Translations under genes and position numbers: made by a program
Part shown: piece after piece, positions 47,494-59,500 of the stretch
Layout of the letters: every line of letters begins with the position of its first letter
Position numbering within the stretch: the stretch's first letter is position 1
The notes under the pieces: generated by a model
Seen by the model: only the letters and a program-made list of their open reading frames with translations
Database searches by the model: none
What the model was told of the DNA's origin: nothing
DNA from: Neovahlkampfia damariscottae
Taxonomy: Eukaryota
Direction: 5' to 3'
Length of the DNA stretch: 64,000 bases
Assembly: GCA_016618085.1 (NCBI GenBank)
Contig: JABLTG010000023.1
Span: 1 to 64,000, forward strand

Positions 47494-48106
47494 ATGGTCA
47501 AAAAGAAAAAACTAAATGTGGTTTTAATGGGTGGAAGTGCTGTAGGAAAAGCTTCACTTATGGAGGCTGCAGTTCAAACATATGAAGATAAGGCACCTTC
47601 TTCACAAAAAACAACTTCAACATCAAAAGGAAAATCAAGTAAAAATAAAAAAAGGAAATTAACCCTCAAACAATTTAACAGCCAAAGTGTATGTTGAATT
47701 AGATGATACACAATATGAACTTCAACTTTCAACTTTTTATGATACAGGTTTGACAGATGAAGAAATCAAACTTGTTCAACAAGCTGATGGATTTATTGTT
47801 GTTTTTGATTTAACAAATAAGTTCTCTCTTGATCGTGTATTATTTTACAGAAAAAAAATTGAAAAAAGTTCAGTAGATCCTCCTTCTATACTTGTTGGAA
47901 ATAAAAGTGATTTAAAATATGAGAGAGAAGTTGACACAACAGAAGGTTTAAAATTAGCTGATGAATTTGGATGCACTTTTTTTGAAACTTGCGCTACAAA
48001 TAATTTCAAAGGTGTTGACGAAGTTTTTAAAGAAATTATTAAAGTTGTAGAAGCTCATAAAAAGAAAAATCCAAAATCAGGAGACAAAGATTGCCTTTTG
48101 ATGTAA
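47494..48106 (+). CDS. Atypical Ras-family GTPase with CaaX
   Basis: GGSAVGKA, GNKSDL, FFETCA, C-terminal CLLM. Intron ~47639-47681. Confidence 0.8.
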
Positions 48107-48127
48107 GTAATTATATTAAAAATTTTT

Positions 48128-48265
48128 TTAATTTTTTTTTTCATCTTCTTGTTTCTCTTCTTTAATTATTTTTGAAAGATATTCACTTTCTTTTTTTTCT
48201 TGTTGATAAGTCAGTATATAATACCTTAATTGTTGAAGATTTTGTTCTATTTCTTCTTCATTCAT
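48128..48265 (-). CDS. Possible 45-aa acidic helical microprotein
   Basis: MNEEEIEQNLQQLRYYILTYQQEKKESEYLSKIIKEEKQEDEKKN*. CCAAT (minus strand) at ~48302. Confidence 0.4.
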   Translation of the reverse strand: MNEEEIEQNLQQLRYYILTYQQEKKESEYLSKIIKEEKQEDEKKN

Positions 48266-48318
48266 GTTTGGTTTAGGTGTGTTTGAGTTAAAGAAAGTTT
48301 TATTGGTTGTTTTGGATG

Positions 48319-50183
48319 TTATTTCTTTGAAACATCAAATTCATCTACATCATGTTCAGGTGAAGCCCAACTAAATAAACCAGAGAAAAAACTTTTTTTA
48401 CCACCTTGTTCTTTTGTTTGTTTTTGTTGTTTTGAATTTGGAAATGAATCAGAAGGAGATCTATTTTCTTCTTTTCTTTTTTGTGAAGTAGAGTTTACAT
48501 TTACAGGTTCAACTTTTTTTTCAATTTTTTCAACCTTTTTAGTTTCAGTTTTTGGTTTTGATTCAACACTTGTTGTAGCGATATCAAAATTCAACCATTT
48601 TTTACTTGACTTGATTGAAAGAAATTCTTTAACAATAATATCAATTTGATGAGCTGTTAATAAATCTTTTTCAATTGTCATTTCATTTGATTCTTCTTTA
48701 AATCCTAAAAATTTCAAAAAATCCAAAACACCTTTTGGAGTAACAACAACAGATATTATTTTTTCATTTGTTAATTTCAAGTGTCTGTATTTATCTTCTT
48801 CTTTTAATGTATTTTGAAGAACTCTGATTAAAAAATCAATTATTTGTTCAGTAAATGATCCATTCATGAGTACAGGATAAACAAATTTGTTAAATTCTTC
48901 TAAAAATGCGTGATCATAAATTTCTTGAGCTTGTTCAATTCTTTGTTGTTCTAAACGTTTTTCTTGAGCTTTTTTTCTTTCTTCTTCTAATGTTTTTTTT
49001 TCTCTTCTTTTTGCTGCAATCCCTTTTTTATCATTTTTCCATTTTTGATTTTCAATTAAAGAATTAAGTTTCTCACATAAAATTTCAGCTGATTTTTCAC
49101 TCATTTTTCCTTTTTCAATCATATAAATATTTTCCGTTGAATTATATTCAAATTCTAAACCAACAAATTAGTATTTTTTTATTTTACCTAAAAACTTTAA
49201 AATATCAGTTCCACCTTCCATTTTGATTATAAATTCATTTATTTTTTGATTTGATGGATTAATTGTACGATATTTTTCATTCAAATTAGTTGAGTTTTTG
49301 ATAATAGATTTTAACATTTTTAAAGTTTGTATAACTTTATCATCATCTTCATTATCATATAAAATTGCAGCCAACTCTTTGACAAAATCAGATAACAATT
49401 TCTATTTCCAAACAATTAAAAAAAAAAAAAAAAAACTTTTTCTCTTGAAGTGAAGAGTTTAGGAGCATTTTCATCAACTTTTTGATTCACTTGAATATAT
49501 TGAAATTGATATGGTTTTGAATCATCTTGAGGTTTTTCTTCTAATTTCATTTCTTCAACTTTTTTTTTTGCTTCTGCTAATTTCTTTTTCATTGCTTCTC
49601 TCTTTTCAAGTTTTTCTTTTTCTTCTTTTTCATCAATTTGTTGTTGTTGTTTTTGAAGTTCTTGTAATACTTTTAAAGATTCTTCTGTTAAGTTTTCACC
49701 TGTTGTTTTTGATTCCTTTTCTTTAAAATCTATTTTTACAACTTTTTTTTTATCTTCATCATTTAATTGAAGATAAAGTACATCTACTAAAATTTGAATC
49801 TACAAAGTTTTGATTTAATTAAATAGTTAAAATTACGTGAGATACTGAAAACTTTTCATTTCTTAATTCTAAAGTATTTCCAAATTTTTGAAAACCCCCA
49901 AGTTGTAAACAAGACCACGCACCAGGTTGTTCAAGTAATTGATCAATTTTTTTTCCTTTCAATTTTTTTCTTCTTGCGTCACCTGGAAACTCTAAAATAT
50001 TATTAAATATTTTAAACAGTAATAATAGAGTAGCGTCAAGTTCTTTTTCATCAATTTCGTCTTCGTCTTTATCAAATTGTAAGACTTTTTCAATGATTTT
50101 ATCAACTTTATCTTTGAAATCCTATATATATATTTTTTAAGTTTTTTAAAAATTTTTACTCTTGCTTTTGAACTCAAGTCCAT
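48319..50183 (-). CDS. Protein with three PUB (PUG) domains
   Basis: Spliced product contains LLFKIFNNILEFPGDARRKKL..PGAWSCLQLGGF, KNSTNLNEKYRTINPSN..GGTDILKFLG and QNTLKEEDKYRHLKLTN..GVLDFLKFLGF. Confidence 0.7.
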
Positions 50184-50278
50184 TTTCTGTTCGACGTTTT
50201 AAATTGACCAATAAATGAATGAATCAAAAATAAAATAAATTTAACCAATCAGCTGAGGTTTGAGTTTTTACAACAGAA

Positions 50279-51523
50279 ATGTCGTCCACTCCCACACCAA
50301 TGCTTACAAATGGAACCTTGATAAAAAATAAATGGAAAATACAAGGTCAACTTGGTAGAGGTGCTTTTGGTTAGTTTTTTATTATTTCTTTTTTTTTAAA
50401 ATTCAGGTGAAACATACGCTGCAATAGATTTACATACAAACGATGAAGTTGCCATAAAAATTGAAAAATTAGATAACAAAAAAATGGTTTTGAGATTAGA
50501 GGTCATAGCTTTAAAAAAACTTCAAGGTAAAACTTCAGCTCTTTTTTTTTTTTATTTTTTTTAAAAAGACTGTCCAACAATTGTGAGATACATACACTCA
50601 GGAAGACAAGATACTTTTAACTTTTTGGTGATGGAAAGATTACAAGATAATTTAGCGGATTTAAGAAAACGAACGAAAACAGGAAAGTTTTCAATGCCAA
50701 CAACTTTAAAGTGTGGTATTCAAATGATTGATTCTTTAGAAGGAACTCATAAATTGGGTTATATCCATAGAGATGTAAAACCTTCAAATTTCGTTACAGG
50801 AAGAACAAAAAGTCAAAAAGGAAAAGTTTATTTAATTGACTTTGGTTTGGCTAGAAAATACCGTCTGCCAAATGGAGAAATAAGACCACCAAGAAAAAGT
50901 GCTGGTTTCAGGTTTGCTTTTCTTGTTTTTTTATTTTTTTTTTCAAAAGAGGAACAGCACGTTATGCATCAATAAATTCACATAAATCCAAAGAGTTAGG
51001 TAGAAGAGATGATCTTTGGTCTGTTTTTTATGTTTTAGTTGAATTTTCTTTAGGATCACTTCCATGGAGAAAAATCAAAGATAAAGATCGTATAGGTGAA
51101 CTCAAAGAAAAATATACCAACAAAGAACTTGTAAAAGATTTACCAAAAGAATTTCAATTATTTATGGAAAGTATTGCATCATTAGGATATGCAGATGAAC
51201 CTGATTATGATTATTTGAGAGAACTTCTTTTAAAAGTATACGTAAGAGATGGATATGCATCTGATTTACCATTCGATTGGGAAGTTAAAGATAGTTTATC
51301 AAAATCTTTTGTAAATGGATCTCTTGTTGATGATCCAATGGTTACTTCTTCAACTCAACAACCAAACGGTGTAAAAAAAGATGATAAAATTGTAATCTTT
51401 GATAAAGATGATAATAAAGAATTAGGTGATGATGAACCAAATGATGGAAATAAAAAAGATGAAACAGGAAATAAAAATAATCAAAAAAAAGAAAGTGGAA
51501 ATAATTGTTGCACTATTTTGTAA
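50279..51523 (+). CDS. Tau-tubulin kinase-like / CK1-family kinase with C-terminal CCxIL prenylation motif
   Basis: LGRGAFG, VLRLEVIALKKLQ, HRDVKPSN, DFGLAR, GFRGTARYAS, RRDDLWS; three introns. Confidence 0.9.
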
Positions 51524-51530
51524 TTAAATT

Positions 51531-52377
51531 TTAATCAATTAATTTTTTTGATTTGAAAAATCCTTTTAATGACCAAACTTGCCATAATCCTGTTAATAAT
51601 AAAACTAAAACTAAACAAAGATGTAAAATAATTAATCGAAGTTTAATCGAATCTGTGGTTCTACAAAAGGGTATTAGAATTAATTTACTTTTTTTTTTTT
51701 TTACTTTCGAAACTGTTCTTGTCGAATTTGAGAATATTTTAAATCTTGTCTGACATGATCTATTTCAGAAATATATTTAAAAAAAAAAAAAAGTCATCCT
51801 ACGCATTAAATTATCAACCAAACCAAGTTTACTTCCTATATTATTAATTTGATGTACTTTCGTATATTCTTTTAATTCAGAAGGTAATGCATCAACTTTA
51901 ATTTCAACATGCAGTTCCTGGATATGTTTTAGAACTTTTTTTTTTTTTTTACAAAGAGGTTTTTTTTCCCAAACATAAATGGAGATGTCAGGTTTGATTT
52001 GAAACAAAGTTGATGAAGTCCATTAGTTTCATCAGATGATTCAAAATGAAAGTGTCCTTCTGGTTCATCTACTTTGGTATGGTATAATTTAGTTCCTTCT
52101 GGGTCGAAAATATCAACAATCACACCTACAGCATGTTCTGGAGAAACCTATTGAAATTTTTTTTGAGTTTTTTTTTTTGGAATACTTTAGTTAATTGAGA
52201 TAATTGTCTTCTTGTTTTTGAATCACAAATTGGACATTTATAAGATACATAAACAAGTTGTTTTACAACTAAATCTTCAAAAAAACATTTTGAGTCTCCT
52301 GAGTCTAGAAAAAAATACAAGCCGTTTGAAAAGTTGAACACAAATATAAGTAAAATAAAAATTTGAAAAAATTTCAT
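51531..52377 (-). CDS. p24/TMED (GOLD domain) cargo receptor
   Basis: Signal peptide, LYFFL..KCFFED, GLHQLCF, TM, FFKSKKLID tail; four introns. Confidence 0.88.
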
Positions 52378-52523
52378 TTCTTCTTTTTTTTTACGCTTTT
52401 TAACTTCAAGTTTAATTTGACCAATCAATGTTTGCCACATTTTTCTGTTGTTTATGAAGAAATGGTGCACAATTGATCCGAGAACTATGAGCCACAATTT
52501 TCACAGAACCAATTCAAAAGAAA

Positions 52524-53150
52524 ATGTCTGATCAAATACCATTTTATGATCTTTCTGAAGTTCTCAGAAGTCCTGATTGTAACAAGATACTCCGGTTCAA
52601 AAAAGAAACAATCAAAGCAATAGAAGAATTCAAAAGAATTCAACAAGAGAATGAGTTTTTATTGAAAAAAATTGAAGAACTTCAACAAAACAAGAATGAT
52701 AATGATCAAAAGAATATAACTAACCAAACTCCAACTTTTGGCGATCTCTTTGAAATTCTCAGAAGTCCTGATCGTAAAATGATTCTCCACTCTAGAAAAG
52801 AAACAATCAAAGCAAAAGAAGCATTGAAAAGAGCTCAACAAGAGAAGATATTACTTTTGATAAAAATTGAACAAATTCAACACAAGAATGATACTGATAT
52901 AAGCACAATGGATTCCTTAGTTTTTTTGAAGTGTGAATCAGTTCGCTGTGAATCTGAAAAATCACATCAAACAGCGAACGAAAAAGATAAAAACACTCAA
53001 AAACTCGCAAAGAAAAACAAACAACAAGAAAATGATTCAAAAGATCATTCAAAGTCTAATAATCAAATTGACCCTAATTCTGCAAATTATTTGTTCATTG
53101 GAAGTCTATTGACTGTGTTATTATTGATTGGTTTATTAGATTTTTTTTGA
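52524..53150 (+). CDS. Tail-anchored coiled-coil protein with an internal tandem duplication
   Basis: Two copies of DL.E.LRSPD...KETIKA..QQE; C-terminal TM. Confidence 0.65.
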   Translation: MSDQIPFYDLSEVLRSPDCNKILRFKKETIKAIEEFKRIQQENEFLLKKIEELQQNKNDNDQKNITNQTPTFGDLFEILRSPDRKMILHSRKETIKAKEALKRAQQEKILLLIKIEQIQHKNDTDISTMDSLVFLKCESVRCESEKSHQTANEKDKNTQKLAKKNKQQENDSKDHSKSNNQIDPNSANYLFIGSLLTVLLLIGLLDFF

Positions 53151-53307
53151 AATAAAACAATATTGCTTTCAATTGATATTTTTTGAATTTAGGATATTTG
53201 AACTCAAATTTAAATTTGAAGGTTCATCCTGTTTTGTTCATCCAATCAAATCATGAGTCAAAAAGTATAAAAGAAAGTTCATTTTCAATTTTTCAAAGAA
53301 GAAAAAA

Positions 53308-54939
53308 ATGACAACAAACATCATTAACTCTAAAAAATTAAATGCCACAAAAAGAATTTTAAAAGATTTACAGGAGATACAGTCAACACCACTAACAACA
53401 GTTTTTGCAGAACCGCTTGAAAATGATCTTTTTACATGGCATGTAAATATTAAAGGAACAAAAGGTACAGATTATGAAGGATGTTATATACATTTAATTA
53501 TGAATATACCTGAGAATTATCCAGTTTCAGCTCCAACAGTACAATTACTCACTCCTGTTGCCAGAAGTCATGTTTATGGTGATTGGATTTGCTTAGATAT
53601 GTTAGAGACACATTACTCAGGAGGTTTATATACAGGTTGGTCAACTGGATATTCAATTCTTTCAATTTTATTACAACTCCAATCTTTTCTTTTGACTGAA
53701 GACGAAAAAGGATACAAAAGAAATGAGGATCGGATTGAAAAATGTATCAAAACGACTAAATCATTTAGTTGTACATGTGGTCATGATATGAGTAAAAATA
53801 TGCCATTCCCATGCCTGAAAAGAGAAACAAAAGAAAAATTGGAAAAAATGGAATTACCATTTGAAATTTTAGTTGAAATATTTTCTTTTCTTACAGTTGA
53901 ACAAACAAAGAAAATACTTTATAATAGTTCAATTTCAAAATTTTCATATTTGAACGAAAGAAGAGAAACTATCTGTTTTCATTCAAAAGTCACATTTGAA
54001 GAAGATATCTTAGGATACGGGATTTCAATTCAGAAAAGTAATGTAGGAATTATTAAGTTTGTAAAATCACCTTTGGATTTGATTTCAAAAACAGCATTTG
54101 ATGAAGATGGAATTCGAAAAGGAGTTTGGAGAGAATCATTTGAATATTTTTTGCCTCTTTATATAAATAAAGAACATGGTAAAAAATCAATGATTGAATG
54201 TGAACAACGTATTCAAAAAATCTTTGGAAAAAGTTCATTTCAACCAAATGATGCTCTGAACTTGATTGCCATGTTAATGAATACACAAGTTGTTAATGTG
54301 ATGAATGGATCTGTTTTTGGTTCAATTAAAGCATTAGAAGGATATGCTCATTTTCACAGATTGATGATTGCGTTTTGTGAGAAATATCCAAATTTATTGG
54401 TTGATATTGAAACTAAGATTGAAAATTTTATAAAGAATGATTCTTCAAGACATAAATCACAACTTCCTTCCATTGGTGATTTCATTGTTTTATTATCAGT
54501 TTCAAAAAAGTTCAAATGGAAAGATGTTTCACCTTTCATTTTAAAAGAAACATTTATTCGAAATATATTTTGGATCAACAAGAAATATAAGAATATATTT
54601 AAACTTAAAACTTCAAATGAGAAATTAACACGGGTTTCTTTTGAAACAACTGTTGTTTCAATGAGACTATTGATGTTTCATGAATATTTCCTTAATAACT
54701 TTGCCAGACCTGATGGGAAATCAATTGAAGAAATTGCAAAGAATTATGATAATAAATATGGAAGACCAACCGATGAAGAAAAAGAAGATTTACAAAAATC
54801 ACTTTTTCGAATTCAAAAAGTGAAATCATTTGAAGAAGTTTTGAAAAATATGAAAATTGAAATCAAATGTCCAATTTCACAAATTTTGAGAAGCTCAAGA
54901 TTGGATTCATTGAAGAAAAACTATCATCAAGAATATTAA
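53308..54939 (+). CDS. Ubiquitin-conjugating (E2) domain protein with F-box-like motif and long C-terminal domain
   Basis: KRILKDL, WHVNI, PENYP, ICLDML, LLQLQSFL, then LPFEILVEIFSFL. Confidence 0.85.
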   Translation: MTTNIINSKKLNATKRILKDLQEIQSTPLTTVFAEPLENDLFTWHVNIKGTKGTDYEGCYIHLIMNIPENYPVSAPTVQLLTPVARSHVYGDWICLDMLETHYSGGLYTGWSTGYSILSILLQLQSFLLTEDEKGYKRNEDRIEKCIKTTKSFSCTCGHDMSKNMPFPCLKRETKEKLEKMELPFEILVEIFSFLTVEQTKKILYNSSISKFSYLNERRETICFHSKVTFEEDILGYGISIQKSNVGIIKFVKSPLDLISKTAFDEDGIRKGVWRESFEYFLPLYINKEHGKKSMIECEQRIQKIFGKSSFQPNDALNLIAMLMNTQVVNVMNGSVFGSIKALEGYAHFHRLMIAFCEKYPNLLVDIETKIENFIKNDSSRHKSQLPSIGDFIVLLSVSKKFKWKDVSPFILKETFIRNIFWINKKYKNIFKLKTSNEKLTRVSFETTVVSMRLLMFHEYFLNNFARPDGKSIEEIAKNYDNKYGRPTDEEKEDLQKSLFRIQKVKSFEEVLKNMKIEIKCPISQILRSSRLDSLKKNYHQEY

Positions 54940-55163
54940 AAAGTTTTATTTTTCTTTTTCGTTCACAACTGTTTCTTATTGGTACACCAATCCATACACT
55001 AAATGCATTGCTTCAAAGCAGACAAACCTCCCAGTAGTATGAAGAGTCTCAGTTAGAGGATGGACGAAATGGCTATTGCACAAATAAATTTTCGAGTTTC
55101 CTCAAAAAAAAAAAGTATCTTATTGGTCAAAAAACTCCGAATTTTGAACAAAACAAAAAAAGC

Positions 55164-56510
55164 ATGACGGCGGTAAATGAGGATTATGAAAAATTTGGTG
55201 CTGAAGCAACAAACGAAATTGTACAATCTACAACTTTGGAAAAGATAAAAAAATTTCTATCACGCTATGCTATTGAGTTTTATTTAAGTGGATTTTTTTT
55301 TATCGGAATTTTGTCAGTAATTGGAATGTTTTTTGCTTTTTTATATTTACCACATCCTAAAAACCCACCAATAATCAGAGGAGTAAATTTAGGAGGCTGG
55401 TTTGTCTTGGAACCATGGATCACTCCAAGTTTATTTGAAAATCAAATGAATGGCTCAATAGTGGATGAATACACATTTTCAAAAGTTCATGGATTCGAAA
55501 AATCAAAATTATTATTGGAAAATCATTGGAAAACATGGGTTACTGAAAAAGAAATTCAAGAACTATCTAGTTATGGAATCAATCATGTGAGAATTCCTAT
55601 TGGCTACTGGATGTTTGACGTAAAACCTGAAGAACCTTGGATTTCAACATCATTACCTTATTTACTCACTGGATTGAAGTGGTTGAAACAATCAAATATT
55701 CGTGTTATTTTAGATTTACATGGAGCACCAGGTGGTCAAAATGGATTTGACAATTCTGGAGTTCGAGGTAAAAAAGAATGGAGTTCACCTGAGAATGGTA
55801 AAAGAACAATTGCTGTTTTGTCAAAAATCACCAAAATATTTTCAAAATCAGATTTTCATGGTGTTGTTGTTGGTATTAACATTATCAATGAACCATTTCA
55901 AATTGATTTGGAATTATTAAGAGATTTCTATAAATTAGCAGTTTTAACAATGAAAAAAGTTTCCGAAAATCCAAATTTGAGTTTGACGATTTCAGATGGT
56001 TTTCAAAAATTATCGACTTGGGAAAATTTTGAAATTAATCTTGGTACAAGAAATTTGTTTTTAGATTCACATATTTATCATGTCTTTGATTATAAACTAT
56101 TGAATTTTACAAACGATCAACACGTAACACTGACTTGTGAAACTCATAAACCATTGATCAAAAGATCAAATAAATTTATAGATACTTACATTGGAGAATG
56201 GAGTTTAGCTAGAACAGATTGTACTAAATGGTTGAATGGATATGGAAGAGGATCAAGATTTGATGGTACTTTTGAATCAACCAATCCTATTGGTTCATGC
56301 ACCTTAGAAAATAATTACAAACAATGGTCTACTGAATACAAAGAATGGATGAAGCGTTTTGTTGAAGTTCAAATGGATTCTTATGAAGCTGGTGTCGGCT
56401 GGTTTTTTTGGAATTTCAAAGCTGAAAATTCACCACATTGGGATTATCTACTGGGAGTACGAGAAGGATGGATTCCAAAAAATCCTGCAAAACGAACACA
56501 TAAATGTTAA
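55164..56510 (+). CDS. Glycoside hydrolase family 5 exo-beta-1,3-glucanase-like, N-terminally anchored
   Basis: RGVNLGGWFVLEPWITPSLF, VRIPIGYW, DLHGAPGGQNGFDNSG, NEP, GEWS, FWNFK. Confidence 0.93.
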   Translation: MTAVNEDYEKFGAEATNEIVQSTTLEKIKKFLSRYAIEFYLSGFFFIGILSVIGMFFAFLYLPHPKNPPIIRGVNLGGWFVLEPWITPSLFENQMNGSIVDEYTFSKVHGFEKSKLLLENHWKTWVTEKEIQELSSYGINHVRIPIGYWMFDVKPEEPWISTSLPYLLTGLKWLKQSNIRVILDLHGAPGGQNGFDNSGVRGKKEWSSPENGKRTIAVLSKITKIFSKSDFHGVVVGINIINEPFQIDLELLRDFYKLAVLTMKKVSENPNLSLTISDGFQKLSTWENFEINLGTRNLFLDSHIYHVFDYKLLNFTNDQHVTLTCETHKPLIKRSNKFIDTYIGEWSLARTDCTKWLNGYGRGSRFDGTFESTNPIGSCTLENNYKQWSTEYKEWMKRFVEVQMDSYEAGVGWFFWNFKAENSPHWDYLLGVREGWIPKNPAKRTHKC

Positions 56511-56514
56511 TATT

Positions 56515-59500
56515 TTATTTGACCAATGAATTCAAATTCGTCAAGTAAAGTATCCAACTGGATTTACCTTGACCTGAATATTCTTCAACGTCTTTATGAT
56601 CATCAATGACTAATTTCTTATCAATTGAGTTCCATTTCACCAAAGAACAAATATGTCCTTTTAATTTGATTTTATCCATGTCAATGTTTTTCATTCGTTG
56701 GATTGCATCATTTTCATTCGCAATTGAAATTATTTTATCACAAAACTCAGTTGTACTTGGACATAAATCTATATACTTATGATCAATTTTATCTATAGTA
56801 ACCAATTCTTCCATTGTTTCAATTCCAAAATGTTCATTAAACAAAGACTTTCGAAAATTCTTCAAATCGACTCCATTGTTTGGTTGATATGCTCCAATGC
56901 ACATTTCAGTATCACCATTAGGATTTAAACTTCTTTCATTGACATTTGCAGAACCCAAGATTACAAACTCATCATCAATAATCATCAATTTAGAATGAAC
57001 ATAAATCATAAATGATACAGAATCAACTTTTTGATCACGAAGTTCATCAATTTTGTTCAAAAGTTTATCTTTTTGTGTTTTATATCGATCATTAATTTGA
57101 ATCATGAAAGAATTATCTTCAGGTATTTTTTCTATTGTTCTTAAATAGAAAAAGTTTAAGTAATCAGTTACTTGAACATTGGCATAAGCAGGATCAACAT
57201 TTTCCTTTAAATATTCTATTTCATCTTGTATTTCCCTGTACATGAACTCTTTTGTTTTATGTTGATAATCTAATGTTTGTTGAACAAATTGAATTTTCAA
57301 AGGATCCAATGAAAAATAAGATTCAATTTTTCTGATTCCTTCTGGATAATAAGGATGAATAATGTAAACTTTGAATTCTTGTTTTGGTCCTTTTCTCAAC
57401 ATTTCTTTGATTTTATTGACAATGGTTTCTGGAATTCTATTTTTAATATCTCTTTCTGGACTTGAGTATTTCTCACCACTCCCAATAAAGTACTGATTTT
57501 CAATATAAATAAATTTCTCCGCATTTTTTATTGATTCAATATAAGCTTGTTCAATTGATGCTTCTGTATTTCCGAAACTATTTTTTGAATGAATTGTTCT
57601 ATATAGTTGAATATTCCATGAATTCTTATGATTTGGAGAAATCACTGATATTTTTGAAATGTCTAATTTTGGAAGTTCTATATCATGATTTGAAATATTC
57701 CATCTTTCCTCAAAGTTTTTGTAAATATCAAAAACTAATTCCCCTTGAATTTTACAGTGAATATCATGCCAAGGTTCACGAAAAACACCTTCAGGTGAGT
57801 ACCAATCATTTTTAAAATTCTCAAACTCAAAAAGTGAATGATTTTTATCATCAAAACGACCATGGGCTAAATCTATCCCTCCAAGAAACCCAACATATTT
57901 GTGAGTGTTATTTAAAGTTGTATCGCAAAGTACCATCTTTTGATGATGTGATGATGTTTTACCGTAAAATGATTCATTATGATTGGTTTGAAAATCAAAA
58001 AAGATATTTTCATTTTTTAATTTCTCCAATGCTTCTTTTGATAATTCATTATCAGTACCCATATAATTCTTTTCATCTGGCCAAATTAACAAATAAACTT
58101 TAACTCCTTCTTTTGCTTTTTTATGAAGTAATTCAATCAATGTAAGAGTATTTGAATCATTTCTAATCAAATGAAGATTATGATTAAATTGCCAACCTGC
58201 AATAAAAATGAATTCTTGAGAACTATCTAAAACATGATATAAAGTTTGAAAATAATTCCTATTTGGATATAAATCATCAAAATGAGCATCTTGATAGAAT
58301 TCCATTAAATTATCATTCCTCATTCTAAATCTTGAATTGAAACTCCATTTTTCTTCCATTTGATCCTGTAACATTTTGATCAATTCTTTATTTTTCTTCT
58401 TTAAATAAATAACAATGCCATCATACAAAGTCACATTTTCATCAATCTCTACACTTGAATTTTCATCAAATTCAATAATCATATCTTCAAGTATTTTATT
58501 TTCTGGATGCATGAAGTAATGATGATACAGAATACAATAACAAATTATATTCACTCCAAATTGTATAATTTGTTTTCTTCTTTCACTTGAAAATATTTTT
58601 TGATAAATTTCAGAAAGAAAACTAAATATAACATCAAATTTTTGTGATAATTCAATGCTTATTACATGACTTGCGCTAAACCAACTTTCAGTGCAAAAAT
58701 CAATCATGAATTTTATCGTCTCAGAAACATTCTCATTATTTTCAATTTTTTCCACTAATGTTTGTGCTGATAACTCAATTTTCTTTTTAATGTTTAACCT
58801 TAAAGATCGAATCCATGATGCTTTTTTTACATCTGGTAAAATTTGTAAAATAGATTTCATCAGTTCATCAATTCCATATGGTTCATGATTGAAATATTCT
58901 TTGTTGTAATTTGGACATTCTTCATTATTACAAAACCATTTATGATCTCCTAATTTCTTAATTTTACCTTTCCAACATTGAAAACAAAGATAAGGTTTTG
59001 TTCTTGCGTCAATTTCCAGAACATCATCCGAAATTGGTGTTTTGACGACATTGATCAAATCACCTTCAATAATATTTGAATTACATGCTGGAATGTCATG
59101 AAATTGACCTACATTTGAACACCATTGTTGTTGAGTATCATTTTGAATAGTAGATTCACCACAAACTTCACAATCTTTTCTGATTTCATTTTTGATAAAA
59201 CAAAACGATTTGATGTAACTATACTTGGTTTTATATTTTTCAAAAGCTTTGAGATGTTTTGTTGTTATTTTATCAGCCATAGTAAACACTACAATAACAT
59301 TCATATTTTTGAAATTTCGTTCAATTGTTTTGAATTCTTCTTCCATTCTTTCCATTTTCATTGCGTATAAAACTAAATCAAATTTGACATTCTCAGCGAA
59401 ATTAAATTCAATTAAAGCATTGGATTGGGTAATTCCAATACCTTCCGAGTCATAAATGAAACAAGATAAATCCTTATTTTCAAAAGTTCTATGTTGAAGA

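Noticed and set aside
54975..55105. GC-richer intergenic island with GTAGTA, ATTGCAC and inverted CCAAT boxes (U2, RNase P/MRP or H/ACA-like words)
   Set aside because: The motifs are not in the correct structural context for any of these RNAs; an Rfam search would be needed.
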